Shown here one piece after another: positions 37,977 to 47,524 of a stretch of 64,000 nucleotides of DNA (position 1 is its first letter; each line of letters opens with the position of its first letter). Both the position numbers and the translations under genes were made by a program. Location: IMG/VR virus record IMGVR_UViG_3300033153_010326, positions 40,369 through 104,368 of that record. The stretch is one strand, 5' to 3'. The notes beneath the pieces were generated by a model. The model was not told the DNA's origin. It did no database searches and was given only the letters and a program-made list of their open reading frames with translations. The stretch comes from a virus.

Positions 37977-39010
37977 GTAGACAGATAATTTGGATAGACC
38001 CTAAAATTATTACTAAAATTTCTCCAATTTCAGCTTCTGCTTATACTCGAAAACAAAGAATATTAAAATATAACTTAACTTTTAAGAGTGGTTATTTAAA
38101 TGGAGATTGGGATAAAACTAATAATAAATTTAAACATTTACTTTGTTGGGGAGATTACAATCTTTTTAAAAATAATAAAAAATCAGTATATAATTGGAAA
38201 ATTCTTTATAATAGTATAAAGAAAAAAGGTTATAAACAAAATCCATCTAAAAGACATGTTGAAGTAGCTCTTGGAAGAAATGGGGAAATTTTATTTGTTG
38301 ATGGAAGGCATAGATTATTATTAGCAATGGAATTTAATATTTCTGAAATTCCAGTTGATATAGTATATATTCATAAAGATTATAATTTTAATAATCTTCA
38401 TTTAATAAAAAACCTCATAATTCCAGAATTTTTATATAATATAATTAGCAAAAAATGGGATAAAAAAATAAAAATTTATCATAGATATTTAGTTATTCAT
38501 CAAAGAGGCAATTTAGTTAAAAAATACTTACCTTTGTTATCAGGTTTAAATGTGTTAGAAATAGGATGTAATTCAGGAATGATGATGTGGTCAATTATGA
38601 AATATGCTAATTCTTTAATAGAATTAGAAAAACAATTAAAATATTTTAATCAAAGTTATATCACTTATAAATCTTTAAAGAAATCTTCTAAGGTATTATT
38701 ATTTAATGATTCTTTTAAAGATTTTATAATTAAATATCCTCATGCTTATCTTGATATAAATGCTTTATATGCTTCTTTTGTTTTATATCATATGAATAAA
38801 GAAGAAATAGATTTTCTTAAAACTAAAATACTGCCTTTATGTAAAACAGTAATTATTCCCAATCGCCAAAAAGAAAGAAAAAGCAAAATAAATCCTTATT
38901 ATTTAAATAGAGATAGTAGGATTAAACAATTATTAGAAGATTGTGGATTTAAAGTTATAATAGATACTTCTTTTCAAAAAGGATTCTCAGTTATAGTGGG
39001 GACAAAATGA
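37973..39010 (+). CDS. ParB/Srx-like domain fused to class I SAM methyltransferase
   Basis: SIKKKGY...DGRHRL; VLEIGCNSG; VLYH. Confidence 0.8.
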   Translation: MSRQIIWIDPKIITKISPISASAYTRKQRILKYNLTFKSGYLNGDWDKTNNKFKHLLCWGDYNLFKNNKKSVYNWKILYNSIKKKGYKQNPSKRHVEVALGRNGEILFVDGRHRLLLAMEFNISEIPVDIVYIHKDYNFNNLHLIKNLIIPEFLYNIISKKWDKKIKIYHRYLVIHQRGNLVKKYLPLLSGLNVLEIGCNSGMMMWSIMKYANSLIELEKQLKYFNQSYITYKSLKKSSKVLLFNDSFKDFIIKYPHAYLDINALYASFVLYHMNKEEIDFLKTKILPLCKTVIIPNRQKERKSKINPYYLNRDSRIKQLLEDCGFKVIIDTSFQKGFSVIVGTK

Positions 39011-40020
39011 AAATTAAACTTTTTCAATGTGGTGGAGAAAACAGTATTTCAGAATATCCTTTAGGATTAGGATATTTAAAATCTAATTGTATAGCAAATA
39101 TTAAAATAATTAAAAATAAAAACGATTTAAATAATTGTGATTTTATTGGACTTTCTACTAATGCTTGGGGATTAAAAGAAGCTATATCTATTTTAAATAA
39201 AACAAATATTCCTATTATTTTAGGAGGACAAGGAGTATTATGGAAGGAAATTAAAAATTATCCTTTTAAGTATATTGTTTATGGAGATGGGGAAATAGCT
39301 CTTCAAACAATTATAAACAAGAATACTAATAAATTATTACATTATCCAGTTCAAAATATAGATAATTTAAAATTTCCAGAAAGAGGAAAATGTAAAGAAA
39401 GAATTCCAATTTTAACTTCAAGAGGATGTCCATTTAAATGTAATTTTTGTTCTTCTAATGCTTTTTGGGGTAATGTTCGTTATCATAGTGCTGAATATTT
39501 TATTGATGAAGTATTAGATATTTTAAATAAATATCCTCAAGGTAAAGTATTATGGATTTTAGATGATTTATTTATAGGTAATAAATTAAGATTTGAAGTT
39601 ATTTATAAAAAATGGATGAGTTTAAATTTAAATAAAAAATTAAAATTAAGAGGATTTGTAAGGTCTAGTTTAATAACTTCAGATAATGCAAAACAAATGA
39701 AAGAAATGGGATTTCAAAGAATTCGATTTGGGGCTGAAAGTGGTAGTAATAAAATGCTAAAAGATTTAAATAAAAGTGCTACAGTAGAACAACATCAACA
39801 GGCTATTGATATTGCAAATAAAATTAAATTACCTATTTCAGCTTCATTCATGTATGATTTACCTGGAGAAACTTTAGAAGATAAAAAAATGACTAAAGAA
39901 TTTATAGAAAAAAACAAAGGAAAGTTATTAGTAGAAGGATGGTATAAATTTAAACCTTTTCCAGGTACTAAATTTTATAATGGAGAAAATCCTTTAACTT
40001 ATGATATGAGGGTACGATAA
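39007..40020 (+). CDS. B12-binding radical SAM protein
   Basis: PLGLGYL, ILGG, GDGE, TSRGCPFKCNFC, GAESG, PGET, PFPGT. Confidence 0.92.
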   Translation: MKIKLFQCGGENSISEYPLGLGYLKSNCIANIKIIKNKNDLNNCDFIGLSTNAWGLKEAISILNKTNIPIILGGQGVLWKEIKNYPFKYIVYGDGEIALQTIINKNTNKLLHYPVQNIDNLKFPERGKCKERIPILTSRGCPFKCNFCSSNAFWGNVRYHSAEYFIDEVLDILNKYPQGKVLWILDDLFIGNKLRFEVIYKKWMSLNLNKKLKLRGFVRSSLITSDNAKQMKEMGFQRIRFGAESGSNKMLKDLNKSATVEQHQQAIDIANKIKLPISASFMYDLPGETLEDKKMTKEFIEKNKGKLLVEGWYKFKPFPGTKFYNGENPLTYDMRVR

Positions 40021-40595
40021 TGAATAAACAAAATAAAAATTTTAATAAAAAATTAAGGTCAGGAGAAAGACAAGTTCGTAATGATTTACATAAAATGCAA
40101 TGGAATCAAAAATGGAGATATTGTAAAGCTTTGAATTATATTAAACAAGAAAATACCGTATTAGATATAGGTACAGGATGTGGTTCTGGAGCTTATATTC
40201 TTTCATTATTAGCAAAAAAAGTAATAGGAATAGATGATAGTGAAGAAGCTATAAAATTTGCTAAAATGAATTGGTCAACTTCCAATATAGAATTTTTTTG
40301 CCAAGATGCTTTAAATTTACAAGGTAAATACGATATTATAACAGCTTTTGAATTAATAGAACATATTAAAGATGATATAAAATTATTTATTAAATTTAAG
40401 CAACTTAATCCTAAATATATTATTATATCAGTTCCTCATATTTCAGTACCTTTATCTAGGTCTAAATGGCATTGGAAACATTATAAACAAAAAGAAATTA
40501 ATAAATTATTTAATAATATAGGATATAAAGTAATTGTTAATGATATAATAAAATTTGGAAATTTAGCTATTTTTGCAGTAGCAGAAAGGAAATAA
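40020..40595 (+). CDS. Class I SAM methyltransferase
   Basis: VLDIGTGCGSG, FELIEH. Confidence 0.9.
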   Translation: MNKQNKNFNKKLRSGERQVRNDLHKMQWNQKWRYCKALNYIKQENTVLDIGTGCGSGAYILSLLAKKVIGIDDSEEAIKFAKMNWSTSNIEFFCQDALNLQGKYDIITAFELIEHIKDDIKLFIKFKQLNPKYIIISVPHISVPLSRSKWHWKHYKQKEINKLFNNIGYKVIVNDIIKFGNLAIFAVAERK

Positions 40596-40597
40596 TT

Positions 40598-41887
40598 ATG
40601 AAAAAATTAGCATTAATAAAAGTTTTTTTAAATGAATTTCAAAGAAAAACTCATTCACTTACTTTTGATTATTTAATAGCAAGTATTAATCAAGCAAAAA
40701 TAGAGATAGATATAAAAATTTGTTATAGTTTACAAGAAATTAAAGAATATAAACCCGATATAGTAGGTATTTCTACTGTTACCGAATCTTATATGATTGC
40801 TAAACAATTAGCAAAAGACATTAAAAAAGAATTAGGAAGTATAGTAATTATAGGAGGAACTCATATAACAGCATTACCTCAAACTATGTCAAAAGATATG
40901 GATATTGCAATAATAGGAGAAGGGGAAAGAACTATAGTAGAAATATTAAAATTGTCAGAAAAACCTCCTTGGCATTTAACTGGAATAGATTCTATTTTAG
41001 GAATAGCTTATTGGAAAAATGGTAAACTTTTTCAAACTAACCCAAGACTTTATATTCCTATGGATGAATTACCTATACCTATTCATCCAAATATTAAATA
41101 TGATTTTGGAGAGGCTATAGCTATTTTAACTACTAGAGGATGTGTTAATCGCTGTGTTCATTGTTCTGAACAAAAAATATGGAGACCTTTTAGATATTTG
41201 TCTGGCAAAAGATTAGCTGAAATTATAGATGTTCATTATAAAAGAAGTGGAATAACTGATTATGTATTTATGGATGATATTTCAGTATTTAATCTTAAAC
41301 GATTAGTAGAATTAAAAGAAGAACTTATAAAAAGAAATATATTTGATAAAATTAAAATTGTAAAAATTTCTACTAATTCTGAAATTATTACTGAAGATAT
41401 TGTAAAAATATTAAAAGAATTAGGATTAAGATTAGCAGGGTTTGGTTTAGAATCCGCTTCTTCTAGAATTTTAAAAGAAATGAAAAGAGGAAGAGTAACT
41501 ATAGAAGATTTTAAAAGATGTATAACTTTATTTGGAAAATATGGGATAAGGTCTGGAGCCTCTACAGTATGGGGATTTCCTGGAGAAACTTTAGAAGATA
41601 TGGAAAAAAATAAAAAATTTTTGGTAGAATGGAATGGCAAATATCAATTCAAATCTTTTATGCAATATTGCTGTCAACCTTTGCCTGGTTCGGATTTGTG
41701 GGATATGATGTATGCAAAAGGGAAAGTATCTTTAGATATGGATTTTTCAACAATGAAAATTCATCCAAAAAATATAAAAGAAAATTGGTTATATATTAAT
41801 GAGGATACTGTAAATAAAGAAGATTTTATAAAATTTTTAAATCAAACCAGAAAAGAAATAAGAGAGGCTAAAAAAAATAAAAAATAA
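40598..41887 (+). CDS. B12-binding radical SAM protein
   Basis: PDIVGIS, GGTH, GEGE, TRGCVNRCVHC, GLES, GFPGET. Confidence 0.93.
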   Translation: MKKLALIKVFLNEFQRKTHSLTFDYLIASINQAKIEIDIKICYSLQEIKEYKPDIVGISTVTESYMIAKQLAKDIKKELGSIVIIGGTHITALPQTMSKDMDIAIIGEGERTIVEILKLSEKPPWHLTGIDSILGIAYWKNGKLFQTNPRLYIPMDELPIPIHPNIKYDFGEAIAILTTRGCVNRCVHCSEQKIWRPFRYLSGKRLAEIIDVHYKRSGITDYVFMDDISVFNLKRLVELKEELIKRNIFDKIKIVKISTNSEIITEDIVKILKELGLRLAGFGLESASSRILKEMKRGRVTIEDFKRCITLFGKYGIRSGASTVWGFPGETLEDMEKNKKFLVEWNGKYQFKSFMQYCCQPLPGSDLWDMMYAKGKVSLDMDFSTMKIHPKNIKENWLYINEDTVNKEDFIKFLNQTRKEIREAKKNKK

Positions 41888-41898
41888 GGAGAAGATAA

Positions 41899-43047
41899 AT
41901 GAAAAAAATTGGAATAATTTCTTGTTTTGGATATAAAAATTGGGGAGATGATGCTCAATTATGTAATGCTATTTTAAAATTAAAAAAGAATAATTATAAG
42001 AATATTTTAGTTTTTTCAAGAGCAGGATATATAAAAGAATTAACTAAAACTCCTATGGTTTTTTCTTCTCATATTTTATTTAAAAATTGTAAAACAAATG
42101 AACAGTATTTAAAAAAATACCAATTTTTATTACAAAACTATAACCAACCTAATAAATTAAGTATTAATGAAAAAGTATTTATTAAAAATTTATCAAAAAT
42201 TGATATATTATGGTTTTCTGGAAGTGGAGCTATTAATACTCTTAAATTATCAAGATTATGTATTTTTTTCTTGCCTTGTATATTAGCTAAAAAATTAGGA
42301 AAAAAAGTAATTTTAACAGGACAAGGAGTAGGAAATTGTGATAATAAAGAATATCATCCTTTAATGAAAGAAGCTTTAAATTCAATAGATATAATAACAG
42401 TAAGAGATTTTGATTCAGGTATTAATCAATTAAAACAATTAGGAATTACATCGTCAATATATAAAGGAGTTGATGATGCTTTTAATTATCCTATTACTAC
42501 TAATAAATTTAAATCTTTAAAAAATAAACAAGTATTAGGTATTAATATTTCTTTTCTTATAACTCCTAAATTAAAAAAGATTTTATATAATTTTGCAATA
42601 ATAATGAAAAATCAAGGATACTTTCCTGTATTTAATTATTTTCAAAGAGAAGAAAAAATTGCTAAAGAATGTAGTAAAGGTAAATTTCCTGTTGTTGGAT
42701 TTAATAAAGTTTCTGAAATGGCAGAATTTTATAATTATTGTAAAATAGCTATTGGAATGAGATATCATTCTGTTATTTTTGCTTTAAGTCAAAAAGTTCC
42801 TACTTTAAATATATATTTAAATGAATATCAAGCAAATAAAATAAAAGCTATTGAAAAAGAATTAAATATTAAAATGGGAGTTAATTGTATTAAAGATACA
42901 CCAACTGCTAAAGAACTAGTGGATTTAATAACGAACATATCTAGTTTGTGTAATCAAACTAAAGAAGTATTAATTTCAGCCCATAAACAATGGACAGAAA
43001 AAACAAATTTAATATTTAATTTATTAAAAGGAAAATATGAAAAATAA
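41899..43047 (+). CDS. Polysaccharide pyruvyltransferase (WcaK/CsaB-like)
   Basis: NWGDDA, GQG.G, VRD, GMRYHS.IFA. Confidence 0.88.
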   Translation: MKKIGIISCFGYKNWGDDAQLCNAILKLKKNNYKNILVFSRAGYIKELTKTPMVFSSHILFKNCKTNEQYLKKYQFLLQNYNQPNKLSINEKVFIKNLSKIDILWFSGSGAINTLKLSRLCIFFLPCILAKKLGKKVILTGQGVGNCDNKEYHPLMKEALNSIDIITVRDFDSGINQLKQLGITSSIYKGVDDAFNYPITTNKFKSLKNKQVLGINISFLITPKLKKILYNFAIIMKNQGYFPVFNYFQREEKIAKECSKGKFPVVGFNKVSEMAEFYNYCKIAIGMRYHSVIFALSQKVPTLNIYLNEYQANKIKAIEKELNIKMGVNCIKDTPTAKELVDLITNISSLCNQTKEVLISAHKQWTEKTNLIFNLLKGKYEK

Positions 43048-43591
43048 TATTAAAAATATTATCAAATCTCGTCGGAGTATAAGAAAATTTAAAAATATTC
43101 CTATTGCAAAAAAAGATTTAGAAGATTTAATAGAAGCTGGAAGTTTTGCTCCTACAGGTTCAAATACCCAATGTTATAGATTTATTGTTACTACTAATAA
43201 ACAAGATATTCAGACTATAAGAAAGTTAAGAGGTTATTGGTTTAAAACTTGTCAAGCTATTATAATTTGTTTTGCTGATAAAAAGAATTATCCAGTTAAA
43301 AGTAAATTACTTATTCATTTACCTTATTGGGATTGTGGAGCATCTATTCAAAATATATTATTATTAGCGGAAGAAAAGAAAATAGGAACTTGTTGGGTAT
43401 CTATGCACCCCAAATTAAAATGTATGGAATTTATTAATAAAACTTTTAAAATTCCAAAAGATTATGAAGTGATGGGAGCAATAGCATTAGGATATTCTGA
43501 TGAAATTATAAATTATAAAACTGCTACACATGGTACAAGGTTTATTAAAAGAAAACCTATTAAATATTATATATGGAAATGGAGAGAATAA
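43037..43591 (+). CDS. Nitroreductase family protein
   Basis: RRSIRKF, APTGSNTQ, QNILL.A....GTCW, LGY. Confidence 0.92.
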   Translation: MKNNIKNIIKSRRSIRKFKNIPIAKKDLEDLIEAGSFAPTGSNTQCYRFIVTTNKQDIQTIRKLRGYWFKTCQAIIICFADKKNYPVKSKLLIHLPYWDCGASIQNILLLAEEKKIGTCWVSMHPKLKCMEFINKTFKIPKDYEVMGAIALGYSDEIINYKTATHGTRFIKRKPIKYYIWKWRE

Positions 43592-43741
43592 TATGGGAAT
43601 AATAATCTGTCCTTGTGGTAAAGTAATAGAAAATTGGCAAAAAGGAATTTATCAAATAACTCATAAAGATAAAGATGGTAAAATAATTTTTGCTCAATGT
43701 TATCATGGAACTATAGTAATTAATAAATTGGAGGAAGAAAA

Positions 43742-44365
43742 ATGATAATTATATCATATTTTACTCGTAATACTCCTTACGAAGAAGTTATGAATTTTAA
43801 ACTACTTCCTAGTCTTAAAAAATGGAATCTTAAATATGATATTGAAGCTATAGAAGATAAAGGAAGTTGGCAAGCCAATACTCACCTTAAAGCTGATTTT
43901 ATTAAAAGGATGTTATTAAAGCATAAACAAGCAGTAATATTTTTAGATGCTGATGCAACTATAGAAAAATTTCCTGAATTATTTTTTAGATTAAAACATG
44001 AGAATTATGATATTTCTTATCATGAATTGGATTGGTTTAAGATGTGGAGGAAACAAGAAGGTAATTCTAAAAGAGAAGTTCTTAGTGGTACTTTATTTAT
44101 AAATTATACTGAAAATAGTTTAAAATTTTTAGATGATTGGATAGAATTAAATAAACAAAGTATTGAATGGGAACAGAGAAATATGGAGAAAGTACTTGAA
44201 AAATGGAAAGATAAACTTAAAATATATCCATTACCTTATGCCTATATTACAGTAATGTATAGAAATAACCAATTACCTTTACATATGATAAAGAAAGAGG
44301 ATATATTTATATTACATTGGCAAGTGAGTAGGTTATATCGCAATTGGCATAAAAGGAGAAAATAA
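43742..44365 (+). CDS. GT-A nucleotide-diphospho-sugar transferase
   Basis: K..FI, FLDADA (DxD), LSGT, EQ, LP..Y, H.Q.SR. Confidence 0.8.
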   Translation: MIIISYFTRNTPYEEVMNFKLLPSLKKWNLKYDIEAIEDKGSWQANTHLKADFIKRMLLKHKQAVIFLDADATIEKFPELFFRLKHENYDISYHELDWFKMWRKQEGNSKREVLSGTLFINYTENSLKFLDDWIELNKQSIEWEQRNMEKVLEKWKDKLKIYPLPYAYITVMYRNNQLPLHMIKKEDIFILHWQVSRLYRNWHKRRK

Positions 44366-44574
44366 TGATAAAAACAAAAAAACAAAAATATTTAGGTAAA
44401 CTAATTTTTTCAGCAACAGGATTAAGAAAGATGGCTAATGCTTTACAAAAAAAGAATAAAACTAAAGGAGATGTTAAAGTTAAATGTTATATAGAAAAAT
44501 TTAAATATAAGTATGATGGAGAAATTTATAAAACTATAGGTATTGATATAAAAGGAAAAAAACATGATAAATAA
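44365..44574 (+). CDS. Hypothetical protein
   Basis: 69 aa, AGGAG RBS. Confidence 0.5.
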   Translation: MIKTKKQKYLGKLIFSATGLRKMANALQKKNKTKGDVKVKCYIEKFKYKYDGEIYKTIGIDIKGKKHDK

Positions 44575-45283
44575 ACCAACTCAATTAATAATTCTTGGTG
44601 GTGGGTCTTCTGTTGTTGAAGGTATTAATAAAGAATTATGGCAGAAACTTAAAGGTAGATTTGTCATTGGTTTGAATCATTCGTACGATTTCTATCCTGA
44701 CCCTACTTTTATGACTTGTTTAGATAATCATTTTTTCACCCATAAAAATAAAGACGGTGGTGATGTTTGGGAAGATTTAAAAAAACAACCTTTAATAATT
44801 ACCAAGCAACATAAACCTAAAGATATGTTACCTAATATGATTGTTGTTAAAGGTTGTTCTTGTTTTAATAGGACTTTATTTGAAGGAGCATATAAAAGTA
44901 GTCTTACAGGGATTTATACCTTATCTTTAGCTATTCATTTATTAGATGTAGGAGAAATATTTCTTTTAGGATATGATTTTTGTGCTAATGGAAAAAATAA
45001 AGGAAAAGATATTACTCATTGGTATCAAGGACAGTTACAGCATAAAGGCATTGGTAAAATTAATTATTATCATACTAGGAATCGAGCAAATAACGATTTT
45101 AAACCTTTTTTAAAAGAAACAAAATGTAAGATATATAACGTGTCAATGATAAGTAAAATTCCAGAAAATATTTTTGAAAAAATAAGTTATAATAAATTTT
45201 TCAGTTTATTAGATAAAAACCAATATAATCAAGATTTATTGAGGACTGAAATTAAAAATAAATTAAAAGAGATAACAAAATGA
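44564..45283 (+). CDS. DUF115/MptE-like Rossmann transferase, paralogue of 34121
   Basis: ILGGGSS, LN, TG...L.LA, LLGYD, HWY. Confidence 0.72.
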   Translation: MINKPTQLIILGGGSSVVEGINKELWQKLKGRFVIGLNHSYDFYPDPTFMTCLDNHFFTHKNKDGGDVWEDLKKQPLIITKQHKPKDMLPNMIVVKGCSCFNRTLFEGAYKSSLTGIYTLSLAIHLLDVGEIFLLGYDFCANGKNKGKDITHWYQGQLQHKGIGKINYYHTRNRANNDFKPFLKETKCKIYNVSMISKIPENIFEKISYNKFFSLLDKNQYNQDLLRTEIKNKLKEITK

Positions 45284-45891
45284 ATAAACTTAGTTTTAAT
45301 ATACCCAAAAAATTATTAATTAATTTATATAGAACCCAAAAATTATCTGCATTTAAAATTGCTAAGAAATTAAGATGTAGTACTACTACTATAATTAAGA
45401 GATTAAAAAAATTTAATATTAAAATAAGAACTTCTGCTGAATATATGATAGAAAATAAATATTGTAAAACAGGAGAAAAACATCATAATTGGAAACCCGA
45501 AAAACACAAAATTTATTATTGTAAAGAAAAAAACTGTAATAATAAAATCACTTATCAAACTTGGAAATATGGTTCAGGAAGATGTGGTTCTTGTGCTCAA
45601 CATTATTTTCGTAAGATTCATCCAAATTATCAAAAAAAAAATCATCCTATGTTAGGAAAAAAACATACTAAAAAAAGTAAAGAAAAAATGAGAAAATCTT
45701 TATCAAAGCATCATATATATTTAAAAGAAAATCATGATAAAATTATAAAATTATCAAAGTCAAAACATTCTTTATTACATGTAAAAGCTTATACTTATAT
45801 ATACCAAAAATATGGAAAAAAAGGTATTAATAATTATTTAAAATGGTTTGATAAAAATTATGATTTATTTGAAGGCAAAAAACATGACTAA
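45280..45891 (+). CDS. Homing-endonuclease-like protein (HTH, Zn module, NUMOD3, degenerate HNH)
   Basis: HPMLGKKHT..SKEKM; HH...H..LH. Confidence 0.7.
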   Translation: MNKLSFNIPKKLLINLYRTQKLSAFKIAKKLRCSTTTIIKRLKKFNIKIRTSAEYMIENKYCKTGEKHHNWKPEKHKIYYCKEKNCNNKITYQTWKYGSGRCGSCAQHYFRKIHPNYQKKNHPMLGKKHTKKSKEKMRKSLSKHHIYLKENHDKIIKLSKSKHSLLHVKAYTYIYQKYGKKGINNYLKWFDKNYDLFEGKKHD

Positions 45892-45973
45892 AATAATTAT
45901 TATGAGTATAGCTTTATTTATCGCTTTTTATCTTATAATGTTTATTGATTTAATCATAGGAGGACTTAAAAAA

Positions 45974-46321
45974 ATGGAAAAGAAAATTTATTCTTTAGTA
46001 ATTGGGAGGTTTCAATGTTTACCTCCTCACGATGGACATTTAGGATTAATTAATACTTTATTGAAAGAAGATAAAAATGTTTGTATAGCTTTAAGAGATA
46101 CAGATACAAATGAAAAAAACCCCTATACTTTTGAACAAAGACATAGAGCTTTTATGAAGATTTATAGTAAAAAAGTAGCTGAAGGCAGAATTAAAATTAT
46201 AAAAATTCCTGATATTGAAGATGTAGTTTATGGGAGAAAGGTTGGGTGGGGAATAAGAGAAATAAGATTAAATTCTAAAATAGAAGATATAAGTGGTACA
46301 AAAATAAGAGAAAAATCATGA
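45974..46321 (+). CDS. HxGH nucleotidyltransferase (cytidylyltransferase-like)
   Basis: GRFQ...HDGH, NPY, ISGTKIR; AGGAGG RBS (upstream ATG 45884 would add a TM helix). Confidence 0.85.
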   Translation: MEKKIYSLVIGRFQCLPPHDGHLGLINTLLKEDKNVCIALRDTDTNEKNPYTFEQRHRAFMKIYSKKVAEGRIKIIKIPDIEDVVYGRKVGWGIREIRLNSKIEDISGTKIREKS

Positions 46322-46809
46322 AAAGAGGGGATATAATACTATTTTATTACAAATATGACCCTATTGCTTGGCTTATACGGCTCACCACGCATAGTAAATG
46401 GAATCATATAGGGATAATGCTACATGGTACTGTAATCCTCGATTTAAGGGCTACTAAGCGAAGAACTGCCCATATAAGAAGGTTTTTACATAGTCCTATT
46501 TATAAGCTAAAATTACTAAGGATTAAAAATCTAACTCATGAAGCTCAAGAACGTATAATTGCAAATATAGATGCTCAACCAAAAGTTAGAATCTATTATA
46601 AATTATTGTGGAAATTTTTATTAATGTTTTTTGGAATTCCTTCTAATATATGTAATAACTGTGCTGAAGTAATTGCGAAACCTTTAAGAGAAGAAGGGTT
46701 TGATATATGTCCAGGTAAAGATGTGAGATTAATAACTCCTGAAGATTTTAATAAAAGCGATTTAGTTGAGGATGTTAGTGGAGAATTAACTTATAAAAGG
46801 AGTTTATAA
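46318..46809 (+). CDS. Permuted papain-like (YiiX/YebB) NlpC/P60 protein
   Basis: GDIIL, WNHIG, NCAE, ITPED. Confidence 0.82.
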   Translation: MKRGDIILFYYKYDPIAWLIRLTTHSKWNHIGIMLHGTVILDLRATKRRTAHIRRFLHSPIYKLKLLRIKNLTHEAQERIIANIDAQPKVRIYYKLLWKFLLMFFGIPSNICNNCAEVIAKPLREEGFDICPGKDVRLITPEDFNKSDLVEDVSGELTYKRSL

Positions 46810-47477
46810 TGACTAATAAAATAGCAATTTTAGTACCTTGTTTTAATGAAGAAGATACTATATCTGAAGTAGGAAGTGATTTAAGAAAAAGTAATTATCC
46901 TTATTTAATTATTAATGATGGTTCTACAGATAGGACTAGCAAACTTTTAGATATTAATAATTTAAATCATATAGATTATTATCCTAATAGAGGAAAAGGT
47001 AATGCTATTAAATTTGGAGCAGGAATTTTAATAGGACAGGGTTTTAATTATATATTAATAATGGATGCAGATGGTCAACATGATATAAAAGACATTTATA
47101 CTTTTATAAATTATTTAGAAACTCGCTCTATGGTAAAAATTATTATAGGTAATAGATTTTGGAATCCAAAAAGAATGTCTCTTATTAGAAAATTAACTAA
47201 TAAAGTTATGAGTTGGGTAGTATCTAGATTAGCAGAGGTTATAATTCCAGATACTCAATGTGGATTTCGTCTAATACACAAAGATATTATAAATAAATTA
47301 ATAACAGAAAGTGATAATTTTGATTATGAAAGCGAACAACTTATTAAAGCTGGAAGAGAAGGATATGAAATAATATCAATTCCTATTACCTGTATATATA
47401 AAAAAGGAAGAGAGTCCAAAATGAACCCTCTTCGTGATACTATTCGTTTTTTTAAAATGATTAAAAGATTTATTTAG
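46809..47477 (+). CDS. Glycosyltransferase family 2 (DPM-synthase-like)
   Basis: PCFNEE, DGSTD, NRGKG, MDADGQH, DTQCGFR. Confidence 0.93.
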   Translation: MTNKIAILVPCFNEEDTISEVGSDLRKSNYPYLIINDGSTDRTSKLLDINNLNHIDYYPNRGKGNAIKFGAGILIGQGFNYILIMDADGQHDIKDIYTFINYLETRSMVKIIIGNRFWNPKRMSLIRKLTNKVMSWVVSRLAEVIIPDTQCGFRLIHKDIINKLITESDNFDYESEQLIKAGREGYEIISIPITCIYKKGRESKMNPLRDTIRFFKMIKRFI

Positions 47478-47524
47478 AAATATTAATAATATTTAATCCT
47501 TTCTTTTTTAAATTTAAAATAATA

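Noticed and set aside
2610-42768. Short - strand ORFs in the + strand region (e.g. 2610, 4417, 13148, 21820, 27443, 41260) and + strand ORFs within the tail operon
   Set aside because: Antisense shadows of real genes: hydrophobic low-information translations and no RBS
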